From contig JAFYPG010000163.1 in the NCBI GenBank assembly GCA_017547605.1, forward strand, positions 1-42,344: 42,344 bases of DNA. The letters run 5' to 3'. Under the pieces are notes generated by a model that was given only the letters and a program-made list of their open reading frames with translations, was not told where the DNA came from and did no database searches. Shown one piece after another: positions 8,090 to 17,393 of the stretch; within the stretch, counting starts at the first letter, position 1; every line of letters starts with the position of its first letter. A program made the position numbers and the translations under genes. The DNA comes from Prevotella sp. GTDB taxonomy: Bacteria; Bacteroidota; Bacteroidia; Bacteroidales; Bacteroidaceae.

Positions 8090-9408
8090 GGGGTCGTACT
8101 TAATTTTTGTTGTAAAACCATAATCCGATAGTGCCAATACGACTGTGAGAAAGGGGGTTCATTGAATGACGGGTCATTGAAATCCCGTGCCATAGCAATC
8201 GCCTTCATGATAGAGCCCGTTGCCTCATACACATCCTTACTGATCGGAATAGGCAGTTCCGTGGCATCAGGATGGAAGAGCAGCCAACTGCCCATAAGAC
8301 ACTCTTGTACGGCCCGTGGCGCTATCTGGGTATAGTAGCCCAACTGCTCACCCCACCGCAGGTGTTCCAACACCTGCTCATGCTTCAACGTCAGCAGGTC
8401 GTAGGCCAGCAGATAGTCCATCGCCAGTCGGTTGGTACTGTCCTGCTGCACCAGTTCTGTGAGCATGATGCTTTTATCGGGAGCAATCAGGTGGTTCACC
8501 TGTGTCGTACGACGGCGACGTACGTTACCGTACTGCTCCTCTGTATAGGTCTCGTCACCCAACTTTTCCAACCAGTTTCTGGCCCATGACCCGTAGTATA
8601 GTGTAGAGCGGAGGTAGTTCAGGTATTTCCTGGCAATCGTATAGTTACCGTTGATGATATTCGTCTCAGCAAGTCGGAAGAAGGCGCGTCCGCTCTTATG
8701 GTGGTCAGGCAGAGACTGCTTGGCATTGAAGGCCAGACGCTCCGACTCATTGATAAACCCCAGATGCATATAGATATCACTCAGTGAGTAGTAAGTCAGT
8801 GGCTCTTGTTGCTGGTCGTCTGCTAACAAGCCCTTCGGTCCCGTCTGCTGGTAAAAGAACATCTCGTCAAGCAGTCTGCCCTGTATCGCCAGAGCATGAT
8901 TAGTGACACGTATGCCATGCTCACTCTGGGGAACAGTCTGAACCGACTTTTCCGCTATCACCTGCCATTGGTGCGTACGCATCAAGTAGTCATATTCCAC
9001 GATCTCACGAAAGACAGCATTATCCCGATAGTGTTGGGGTATCATCCCATAGTAAAACATTAAGGCGGCAGGCACAAAACTCAAGAGATAGAGCCACGAA
9101 TGGCCCAACCTCAAGAGACGCATCAACCGCCAGACTACCTGCTGGATACCGACAGCCAGTAAGGCTACCAACAGGGCACCCAACCATTCGACGTAGAAGA
9201 ACTGCGTGACAAACGACACCAGATATTCTTGTAATCCGTCCCACGACGAGAACTGATCACGGAGATAGAAGGCCGTCCATCTAAACAGGTGACTCTGCTC
9301 GTGGTAGTTCATCAAAGCGCACAGAGGAAACCGGCATATCATGAAAATCACGATGCCAAACACAACGGACAATGCCGCTTTCCACCACTTACAGAACATA
9401 TCCTTCAT
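8086..9408 (-). CDS. DUF6057-like membrane protein
   Basis: N-terminal TM helices, YHEQSHLF, FVTQFFY, RLAETNIING...ARKYL..L..TLYY, NRLAMDYLLAYDLL. Translationally coupled to the TolB-like gene. Confidence 0.78.
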   Translation of the reverse strand: MKDMFCKWWKAALSVVFGIVIFMICRFPLCALMNYHEQSHLFRWTAFYLRDQFSSWDGLQEYLVSFVTQFFYVEWLGALLVALLAVGIQQVVWRLMRLLRLGHSWLYLLSFVPAALMFYYGMIPQHYRDNAVFREIVEYDYLMRTHQWQVIAEKSVQTVPQSEHGIRVTNHALAIQGRLLDEMFFYQQTGPKGLLADDQQQEPLTYYSLSDIYMHLGFINESERLAFNAKQSLPDHHKSGRAFFRLAETNIINGNYTIARKYLNYLRSTLYYGSWARNWLEKLGDETYTEEQYGNVRRRRTTQVNHLIAPDKSIMLTELVQQDSTNRLAMDYLLAYDLLTLKHEQVLEHLRWGEQLGYYTQIAPRAVQECLMGSWLLFHPDATELPIPISKDVYEATGSIMKAIAMARDFNDPSFNEPPFSQSYWHYRIMVLQQKLSTTP

Positions 9409-9516
9409 TTGTCAGTCATCCCATCATCTGTGTCATTATAATGATTTCTGACTGCAAAGGTACGAAACAATCTACAAAAATCCAAGCGATTAAAGAATTA
9501 ACCTATTATCGCAAAC

Positions 9517-11106
9517 TTATTTCTTCAAAATCTTTTGGCCGTCTTGGATGAAAAGTCCCTTGGTGGGAGCCTTGGAGAGATGATGGCCCTGGAGATCATA
9601 GAGGACTGATCTGTCAGGAGTGGCGGGAAGGGCCTTTGGTGAAGAGATGGCAGTATAGGTGCCCCATCCAGCAGAACAGTCCTCGAGTGTGATGACACGA
9701 TCATCGCCCATGCACTTGGTCCATTCTTCTGAACTGGTGTAGTCAACATATTTCGAACCCCAGGTTTGATACCAAGGCATCCACCACGACCAAACAGCAT
9801 CTTCGGCGAACTCCTTATCAATATCGGGAATGGGCCCGTTCTCTGAGAGGGCAAGGAGTTTTTTCCCTTCGGTAAGTGTCCTCAGTTTGTCGAAGGCGGC
9901 ATAGTTGCTGGAGTAGTCGTAGGCATTGTTGTAGATATCGATAGCGACCACATCATAGCAGTCTGCTCCAGGGTTCCAGTCCCCGTCATCGACAGTACTG
10001 GGGTTCCATACCCAAATGATATTGTGGACACTTTTCTGATTCACCATTTCATCCACAATCAGTTGGTAGAGCTTGACATAGCTGGCGGCACCATCGGTTC
10101 CCCACCAGAACCAGCCGCCGCTGGCCTCATGGAGCGGACGGAAGATACAGGCGACACCGAGTTCCTGCAGCGCGAGGAAGTAATCGGCTATGGTGTCGAT
10201 GTCCTTGATCATATAGGCATAGAGATCCGAAGAGGTATTCCAACTGCCGTCGGCGTTCAAGGCCTCGGAGATTTTCACTGTGCAGGGGGTCTTAACCTGA
10301 TTGCCACTGTAGAACTCACCCGTCTGTCGGCTGGGGTCGCGCCAGTGCCAAGTAAAGGCAGGCAGACCACCACGACGATAGAGATCCTTCGCTAGTTCGA
10401 TGGAACGGTTCGTGTAGTCCTTGTACCAGGTGTTGTCCTCATCGATGCCAGTGGCGTTCATGAAGTCGAAGCCGACAAGGGCAGGGTATTTGCCAGAAGC
10501 CTCGAAGACGGCCTTCACATCGGCATGTTGGGTGACATCGCCATTGGCGGTCTCCATATCTCCGGTCATGACGCCTGAGATGGTCTTCTTTCCAAAGCTG
10601 TCATAAAGGAACGTATAAACCTTCTTGGCGGCCTCTGAGGCACTGGCATCGACAGGTGTCGGGGCAACGTTAAACTCAACAGCGGTGCTGTTGCTGTTGT
10701 CAATGCGGATGTAGTCGATTCGGAACCAGGTCCAGTTTGGCGTAATCTCGATAGTGTTATCGCCTTTGGACATAATGAATGTGCCGGCCTCAGCTTCTTC
10801 TACGACTTTATCAAGAGTCTGCAAGGTACTCGTGTTGCCATTGACCGTCACATTGACCACTTTGGCACCGTAAAGTGCATCGTAACAGATATAAAGGGTG
10901 TATTTACCGTCTGCTTCAGCGTTGTAAGTAAAGGTGATCTTGGCACTACTCTCCGTAAGTTCCAGGGCCTTTCCACCCGAATACTTGCTGTCTTCAACGA
11001 GTTTACAGTCTGTATAGACCGCACTTTCTGCCTCTAGTTTGTTGTCGGCCTGTACATAGGATGACATACAGACGGACAGGATGAGTAACAATAATGATCT
11101 TTTCAT
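9517..11106 (-). CDS. Secreted beta-mannanase, CBM35-like + GH26 + C-terminal secretion tail
   Basis: Signal peptide; LEAESA..GDNTIEITPNWTWFRIDYI (CBM35-like); GKYPALVGFD, FTWHW, FRPLHEASGGWFWWG, ALSENG (GH26 catalytic Glu motifs); tail LYDLQGHHL..KGLFIQDGQKILKK. Confidence 0.93.
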   Translation of the reverse strand: MKRSLLLLILSVCMSSYVQADNKLEAESAVYTDCKLVEDSKYSGGKALELTESSAKITFTYNAEADGKYTLYICYDALYGAKVVNVTVNGNTSTLQTLDKVVEEAEAGTFIMSKGDNTIEITPNWTWFRIDYIRIDNSNSTAVEFNVAPTPVDASASEAAKKVYTFLYDSFGKKTISGVMTGDMETANGDVTQHADVKAVFEASGKYPALVGFDFMNATGIDEDNTWYKDYTNRSIELAKDLYRRGGLPAFTWHWRDPSRQTGEFYSGNQVKTPCTVKISEALNADGSWNTSSDLYAYMIKDIDTIADYFLALQELGVACIFRPLHEASGGWFWWGTDGAASYVKLYQLIVDEMVNQKSVHNIIWVWNPSTVDDGDWNPGADCYDVVAIDIYNNAYDYSSNYAAFDKLRTLTEGKKLLALSENGPIPDIDKEFAEDAVWSWWMPWYQTWGSKYVDYTSSEEWTKCMGDDRVITLEDCSAGWGTYTAISSPKALPATPDRSVLYDLQGHHLSKAPTKGLFIQDGQKILKK

Positions 11107-11243
11107 GTTAAATAGTAGTTCTGTTATTAGTTTTACCGTTGCAAAGATATGGAAAAGGACAGAACAAACAAAACATAATCAAGAGAAATAACGAATCTCT
11201 CGATAATAATACCAACCTTTGCAAAGAAAGTGTTATTTGGGCT

Positions 11244-11282
11244 ATGAATAAAGGCTTGCGAAAAACGCAAGCCTTTATTCAT
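11244..11282. terminator. Intrinsic terminator hairpin
   Basis: ATGAATAAAGGCTTGCG-AAAAA-CGCAAGCCTTTATTCAT, perfect 17-bp stem downstream of the GPH transporter. The GH26 gene has its own -7 box at 11142-11149. Confidence 0.85.
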
Positions 11283-11306
11283 GTAAGATATGGAATGAGG
11301 CGGAGC

Positions 11307-12698
11307 TTATTTCTCGCGAGCCTCGATCTTCTTGTTGATGTCGTCGATCACCTCGTCGGTCAACTCATACTTCGAAATGATGAAGATGGCGAGGGCAAGC
11401 AGGATAGCGGGGATGACGCAGACCAGCCAGAGAATACCCTCCTCAGCCAGAGGCGTCTGATCGATGACCTCGGGGTCGTAGGCGACAAAAGCCAGGACAG
11501 CAGGACCGACGATGCTTCCGAAGGTCATACCGGCCTTGAAGAACAGTCCCGTCAGGGCGTTGACGATACCGGAGATACGACGGCCTGTGGTGTATTCACC
11601 GTAGGAGATCACCTCGGGAACCAGTGCCCACATATAACCCGTAGCCACGATGACACCCGTGCTCTTGATGAACTGGGCCACATAGATCATCATCATGCTG
11701 GGGCTCTCCATCTTCGAGATGAAATAGAGCATGCCCATACCGACGATGGCAGCACCAAGGAACAGATAGAACATATTCTTCTTGCCGACCATGCGCTTGA
11801 ACCAGGGAACAAGTGGCATGAACAGGAATGCAGGAATCGAGCCCAGGGCCATGAAGATCGACAGTTCCTGAGCCGAACCGTGCAGATTGCTGTTGATGAA
11901 ATAAGCGCCGGCGGCATTACCCACTGACATCATGGCAAAGGCGGTGATGAAGAAGAAGGCGAGGACGCGCAGGGGACGGTTGCGCATGAACTCCATCCAC
12001 AGGTCGCTGACCTTCACGGTCTCAGTGGCAGCAGCATCCATCACTACACGCTCCTTACACTGTGAGAAGCAGAACAGGAGCAGGCAGAAGCCGACGATGG
12101 CATAGATGGTCATCGTGGTGAACCATGCCCCAGAGTCTTTCGGAAGACTGTCGGACGGTGCTCCGGCGATCAGGGCGATGAACAGGGGCAGACCGGAGTT
12201 AACGGCCAGACCACCGAGGTTGGCCATGAACATACGGACAGAGGTGAGGATGGTGATCTCGTTGGTGTCGCGGGTCAGTGAAGAGTTCAGGGCACCGTAG
12301 GGTACGTTGATAAACGTATAGAGCAACTGCATGGAGATATAGGTCACGTAGGCATAGATCAGCGACGGTGCAAAACCATTGTAGAAGCACAGGATGGCGA
12401 AGCCCGAAAGTGGAATACCCACATACAGCAGATACGAACGGTATTTTCCGTAACGCGGGTTGCTCTTGTCGATCAATGCGCCCACAACGGGGTCCCAGAT
12501 CACGTTTGCCACATTACCCACGAGGAACATGACGGCCACTGCCGATGGCGTCAGGCCGTAGATGTCGGTGTAGAAAAACAGCAGGTAAGTACAGATAACC
12601 TGGAAAATCAGGTTTTGCGCCAGGTCACCGGATCCGAAGCCGATGCGCTGGAGCCAGGAGAGCTTATAGAAGCCCTTGGTTTCATTAGTTGTTGCCAT
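11307..12698 (-). CDS. GPH-family (glycoside-pentoside-hexuronide) MFS cation symporter
   Basis: RIGFGSGDLAQN, WDPVVGALID..RYGKYRSY, NVPYGAL, YGEYTTGRR, ~12 hydrophobic segments. Confidence 0.93.
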   Translation of the reverse strand: MATTNETKGFYKLSWLQRIGFGSGDLAQNLIFQVICTYLLFFYTDIYGLTPSAVAVMFLVGNVANVIWDPVVGALIDKSNPRYGKYRSYLLYVGIPLSGFAILCFYNGFAPSLIYAYVTYISMQLLYTFINVPYGALNSSLTRDTNEITILTSVRMFMANLGGLAVNSGLPLFIALIAGAPSDSLPKDSGAWFTTMTIYAIVGFCLLLFCFSQCKERVVMDAAATETVKVSDLWMEFMRNRPLRVLAFFFITAFAMMSVGNAAGAYFINSNLHGSAQELSIFMALGSIPAFLFMPLVPWFKRMVGKKNMFYLFLGAAIVGMGMLYFISKMESPSMMMIYVAQFIKSTGVIVATGYMWALVPEVISYGEYTTGRRISGIVNALTGLFFKAGMTFGSIVGPAVLAFVAYDPEVIDQTPLAEEGILWLVCVIPAILLALAIFIISKYELTDEVIDDINKKIEAREK

Positions 12699-12719
12699 AA
12701 TTTGTTTTTATTTTAATGA

Positions 12720-14717
12720 TTACTTGTTTACGTTTATCTCGAATGAACTCATCGGCAGACCGCTGAGAGAACGGACATTAGCCTTCAGAGGATTGTCTTT
12801 CCAGGCATAGCGCACGGCATAGACGACACTCTGCGGATGGAAGTCATCAGGCAGGTTGATGGTGATCGTGTTGTCTTTCGCGGCGGCCGTCACGTTCTGG
12901 AAAACCTTGTCACCGTCGGCTGCTGCTGCCTCGAATTCATAAACATCACCCTCTTGCACTGGTTGATCCAGGGTGAGGATGATTTTACCGTCGGTAATTT
13001 CTGATGCCACGACCTTCGGAGACAGTTTCACCTTATTATTATATATAAGACGGTCGAAGCCGAGACCGATGCGCTCTGCCACCTCCTTCTTGCGCAGGGG
13101 ATGGATATCAACGGTCTCGCCGAGGTCGTTGATGACGGCCAGTTCTGCACGGGGATCGGCCTCTGCCACGGTGCGCTGTGCCTCACGGAGTTGTGCCCAA
13201 CCGCTGTTTGTCGGTGTGGTCTGGGGGGTGATGGGTGAGGGGAATCCCGTCTGCTGACGTCCGTCGTAGTTGGCGAGTTGAACGATGACGAAGGGCATCT
13301 TCTGGTCGTTCCAAGTATCGCGCCAGCATCCCATCAGTTTCTTCAGCAGGTCTGCGTAGGACCCGGGATTACCTGTGTTCGACTCTCCCTGATACCATAC
13401 GATGCCCGAGAGGGCGTAGGGAGCCAACGGATGGAGCACGGCATTATAGAGCGTGGTGGGGATGTTCTGCAACGAGATGTCGCCACTGGGACAGGATGGC
13501 ATCTCCGTGCCAAGGTGTACCTGCCATTGTTCGCTGAGTGGGATGATATCCGTCGGCATGGGGTTCTGACTCATGCGGTCGTCACCAAAGGTGAGCATAT
13601 AAGGCTTTTCGGGGATGAAGTGCGCCATACCGTATTTATTGATGAAACGCACGGTGATCACGTTGTCACCCTCACGCAGCAATCCTTCGGGGATGTCGTA
13701 ACGGCGCGGCGGGTACTGGTAGTAGGTATGTCCGATTTCCTGACCGTTCAGATAGGTGATGTCCTGGTCGAAGAGGGTGCCGAGCAACAGACGGGCTGGT
13801 TGGCCGGCATGGGCCTTGTCGATCAGAATATGCTGACGGAGCCATATCGTACCGATAATCGGACGGCGGGTCGTGGGTGACATCGCCCATTGGCTGTCCC
13901 ACTGGCTGGCGCTCTGCCACTGGCTGTCATCGAAATCTGCGGCAGTCCAGTTCTCACTGATACCAGGATCCTCTTTACTCAGTATCTTCTGCCACTGCTG
14001 CTCTGCCTGCATGTTGGCCTGAGCCTGGGCCTTCACATAGTCGTCGTTTTGGAAGAACTGTGCCCGTTTCACAAGCATGGGGTAGTCCTTCTGCAGGGAG
14101 TCGGCAGAGATCCAGGCCTCGATAGGTGTGCCGCCCCAACTGTTGACGATGATGCCCTGGGGCACTCCTGTCTGCTCATACATCCTCTTGCCGAGGAAAT
14201 AGCCGACAGCGGAAAAGGGCCAGGCGTTCTGCTTGTTCAAGGGTTTCCAGTTGATGGGGGTGGGTTTGATGTCGTCCCTGACGCCGTGGGCGTCGGTCTC
14301 GTTCTGTACCCGGAACAGACGGATGTCAGTGTTCTCATATCTGTCGATCTCTTGGGTATATTGCGGATAGACACGCTCGATATGGACGTCGATATTCGAC
14401 TGTCCTGACAGGAGCCACACGTCACCAATGAGTATATTAGTGAGGACAATGTCGCCTACCGTCATCGTGTAGGGTCCGCCAGCCTTCATCTTCGGCAGGT
14501 TGATGCGCCAGTTTCCGTCCAGATCGGCGGTGGTGGCGTATTGCTTTTTGTTAAACCTGATGGTGACCAGTTCTCCGGCTTCTGCCTTGCCCCAAACGGG
14601 AATCTGTTTGCCGCGTTGCAGTATCATGCCTGACTGAAACAGTTGGGGCATGCTCACTTTGGCTTCAGCACAAATGGCGAAGAACAGGATAACACATAAA
14701 GACAGGATTTTCTTCAT
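12720..14717 (-). CDS. Sialate O-acetylesterase (SASA)-type carbohydrate esterase
   Basis: Signal peptide; GDVWLLSGQSN, FSAVGYF, WGGTPIEAW, WYQGESN, VQLAN, DIHP, VRYAW. ATG 14717. Confidence 0.9.
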   Translation of the reverse strand: MKKILSLCVILFFAICAEAKVSMPQLFQSGMILQRGKQIPVWGKAEAGELVTIRFNKKQYATTADLDGNWRINLPKMKAGGPYTMTVGDIVLTNILIGDVWLLSGQSNIDVHIERVYPQYTQEIDRYENTDIRLFRVQNETDAHGVRDDIKPTPINWKPLNKQNAWPFSAVGYFLGKRMYEQTGVPQGIIVNSWGGTPIEAWISADSLQKDYPMLVKRAQFFQNDDYVKAQAQANMQAEQQWQKILSKEDPGISENWTAADFDDSQWQSASQWDSQWAMSPTTRRPIIGTIWLRQHILIDKAHAGQPARLLLGTLFDQDITYLNGQEIGHTYYQYPPRRYDIPEGLLREGDNVITVRFINKYGMAHFIPEKPYMLTFGDDRMSQNPMPTDIIPLSEQWQVHLGTEMPSCPSGDISLQNIPTTLYNAVLHPLAPYALSGIVWYQGESNTGNPGSYADLLKKLMGCWRDTWNDQKMPFVIVQLANYDGRQQTGFPSPITPQTTPTNSGWAQLREAQRTVAEADPRAELAVINDLGETVDIHPLRKKEVAERIGLGFDRLIYNNKVKLSPKVVASEITDGKIILTLDQPVQEGDVYEFEAAAADGDKVFQNVTAAAKDNTITINLPDDFHPQSVVYAVRYAWKDNPLKANVRSLSGLPMSSFEINVNK

Positions 14718-14736
14718 GATTTGTTGATTTGTGATG

Positions 14737-14858
14737 CAAAAATACAAAAAAACTTCGTTGGAATGGCCAAATAAATAGTTTTTCTTACAGGATGAAACAT
14801 TTGAAAAAACATCTGTAACAAATCAGAATGTTAGGTGAAAATGTTTTTACTATCTTTG
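14737..14858. promoter_or_regulatory. Divergent promoter region of the xylan cluster
   Basis: TATTTTTG (minus, 14737-14744) and TATCTTTG (plus, 14851-14858), with AAACATnTG direct repeats between them. Confidence 0.6.
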
Positions 14859-14886
14859 CAAACGGAAAGAATAGCAGCATTTTGCG

Positions 14887-16347
14887 ATGAAGATTCATAC
14901 ATCACAGAAAGTTTCGTTGAAAGAGAAACTGGGCTACTCCATGGGAGATGCCGCAGCCAATCTGGTGTTCCAGATGATGGTGATATTCCAGCTGAAGTTC
15001 TATACAGATGTCTTCGGACTGGATGGGGCTGTGGCAGGCAGTATTCTGATGATAGGCAGTATCTCTGCTATCATTATCGATCCGACGGTTGGTATCCTCT
15101 CCGACCGCACGCGGACCCGTTGGGGCAAATTCCGTCCCTGGGTGATCTGGACTGCTATTCCTTTCTGTGTTTTCTACATCCTTGCGTTCTATAATCCGGG
15201 CATCTATGACAAGGAACTGGTGGCTGTCTATGCCACGATTTCCTATATACTGCTCATGACCGCCTACTCTTTTAATAATATACCTTACACTTCGTTAGGC
15301 GGTGTGATGACGAGTGACATCAAGGAGCGCACCAGTATCACGACGATTCGTTTTGTTGCTGTGACCATCGCTCAGTTTGTCGTACAGGGTCTGACCCTTC
15401 CGTTGGTGGATCATTTCGGAAAGGGAAATCTCCAGCAGGGCTGGCTATCGACCATCACCCTGTATGCCTGCATTGCCTTCTGTCTGTTCCTTGTCACATT
15501 CTTCATGTCCAAGGAGCGTATCCAACCGCCTTCAACCCAGAAAGTAAACATACGTGCAGATATTAAGGACACGTTCTCTGACGTGTCGTGGAACTCGATG
15601 GCCTTACTGACGTTCTGTATTTTTGTCACCCTGGCCATGTGGGGGTCGGCCATGAACTTCTACTTCCAATATAATGTGGACCAGAAGTCCCTATACGATT
15701 TCCTGTCTCATTTTATTAATATTGATCAGGAGGATGCGTATTCTGTTGGTTTTTCCGTCTTTAACATGACGAGTGCCGTTATTCAGTTTGTAGGGATGAT
15801 TTGCTTGTCGCGGTATCTGGCCAACAAATATGGTAAGAAGAAGACTTTCATGGTTTGTCTGTCTCTGACTGCTTTCTTCACGGCCATGTTCTATATTCCT
15901 TCACCGACGGATGTTAGTCTGGTGTTTGTACTGAACATCCTGAAGTCATTGGCCTATGCTCCGACGGTTCCTTTGTTGTGGGCGATGATCGCTGATGTGG
16001 CTGACCATGTGGAGTATGAGAATCACCGTCGTGCCACAGGCTTCTGTTTCTCCGGTATCGTGCTGACCCTGAAGTTGGGACTCGGTTTTGGAGGTGCCAT
16101 TGCAGGAATCATCATTTCCATGTTCGGTTATGTGTCTGGCAACGAGTCTGTGCAGAACGAGAGTGCCATGGAGGGTATCAGGATGGTGTCGAGTATCGTG
16201 CCCGCCCTTCTGTTCGTTGTTGGTGTCGTGGCTCTGAATTTCTACCCCATTACGAAGGAGTATAACGAGAGTATGCAGGCAGAACTGGCCATGCGTCGTC
16301 GGTTGGATGCTCAGGCTGCCGAAGAAGAGAGTGAATTGTTCAATTAA
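14887..16347 (+). CDS. GPH-family MFS transporter (XynD/XynT-like xylo-oligosaccharide symporter)
   Basis: KLGYSMGDAAAN, DRTRTRWGKFRPW, NIPYTSLGGVMT, LLWAMIADVAD, RRATG; directly upstream of GH43. Confidence 0.92.
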   Translation: MKIHTSQKVSLKEKLGYSMGDAAANLVFQMMVIFQLKFYTDVFGLDGAVAGSILMIGSISAIIIDPTVGILSDRTRTRWGKFRPWVIWTAIPFCVFYILAFYNPGIYDKELVAVYATISYILLMTAYSFNNIPYTSLGGVMTSDIKERTSITTIRFVAVTIAQFVVQGLTLPLVDHFGKGNLQQGWLSTITLYACIAFCLFLVTFFMSKERIQPPSTQKVNIRADIKDTFSDVSWNSMALLTFCIFVTLAMWGSAMNFYFQYNVDQKSLYDFLSHFINIDQEDAYSVGFSVFNMTSAVIQFVGMICLSRYLANKYGKKKTFMVCLSLTAFFTAMFYIPSPTDVSLVFVLNILKSLAYAPTVPLLWAMIADVADHVEYENHRRATGFCFSGIVLTLKLGLGFGGAIAGIIISMFGYVSGNESVQNESAMEGIRMVSSIVPALLFVVGVVALNFYPITKEYNESMQAELAMRRRLDAQAAEEESELFN

Positions 16348-16367
16348 TCATTTAATAGTCAAGCAAT

Positions 16368-17369
16368 ATGAAACCACGCTATCTTTACCCAAGTGATTAT
16401 TATGCAGATCCTTCTGCCAATGTGTTTAATGGAAAACTGTTTGTCTATCCTTCCCATGACTGGGAGGCTGGTGCTGCCTTCGACGATGATGGCGGTCACT
16501 TCCAGATGAAGGACTACCACGTGATCTCCATGGAAGATGTGGAGAATGGCGAGGTGACTGATTATGGCAAGATCCTTGACGTGGAACAGGTGGCCTGGGC
16601 AGAGAAGCAGATGTGGGACAATGACGTCGTTGAGAAAGACGGTAAGTATTATCTTATTTTCTCAGCAAAGGACTACAATGGTGTGTTCCACCTCGGTGTT
16701 GCTGTGGCCGACAGACCCGAAGGTCCGTTCATTCCCCAGGAGCATCCCATCCGTGGCTCTTTCTCTATCGACCCCAGTGTCTTCAAGGATGATGATGGTC
16801 AGATATACTGTTACTTCGGTGGTCTCTGGGGTGGACAACTCCAGTGGTACCAGCCCGCTGCCAAGTACTTGAAGGAGGGCGTTGACCTCGGTCCTGCCGC
16901 TGATAAGAAGACCCAGCTCTATGCACCTGCCGATGTACCTGCCCTGTCGAGTTTCGTAGTTCGTATGAGCGACGACGTGCTGCAGTTTGCTGAGGCTCCC
17001 CATTCAGTAGTGGTGATCGACAAGAACGGTGAACCCCTGAAGGCCGGTGATCCGCATCGCTTCTTCGAGGCTTCGTGGATGCATAAGTACAATGGCAAGT
17101 ATTACTTCAGCTATTCTACGGGCGACAGCCACTTCCTTTGCTATGCCATCGGTGACAACCCCTACGGACCGTTCACCTATCAGGGTGTGCTCCTCGATCC
17201 TGTCGTGGGCTGGACGACGCACCACAGCATTGTACAGTATAAGGGCGAGTGGTTCTTGTTCTATCACGACTGCGTACCTTCCAATGATGTCACTCATCTG
17301 CGCTCATTGAAGGTGCAGCGTCTGTTCTACAACGAGGATGGCACCATCCAAAAGGTTGTGAATGAGTGA
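16368..17369 (+). CDS. GH43 (subfamily 1-like) beta-xylosidase/arabinofuranosidase, no signal peptide
   Basis: YYADPSA, VYPSHD, SIDPSVF, YFGGLWGGQLQ, RFFEASWMHK, GWTTHHSI, HLRSLK. Confidence 0.92.
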   Translation: MKPRYLYPSDYYADPSANVFNGKLFVYPSHDWEAGAAFDDDGGHFQMKDYHVISMEDVENGEVTDYGKILDVEQVAWAEKQMWDNDVVEKDGKYYLIFSAKDYNGVFHLGVAVADRPEGPFIPQEHPIRGSFSIDPSVFKDDDGQIYCYFGGLWGGQLQWYQPAAKYLKEGVDLGPAADKKTQLYAPADVPALSSFVVRMSDDVLQFAEAPHSVVVIDKNGEPLKAGDPHRFFEASWMHKYNGKYYFSYSTGDSHFLCYAIGDNPYGPFTYQGVLLDPVVGWTTHHSIVQYKGEWFLFYHDCVPSNDVTHLRSLKVQRLFYNEDGTIQKVVNE

Positions 17370-17393
17370 GTAAAATGCAAGTTAAATAGACAA

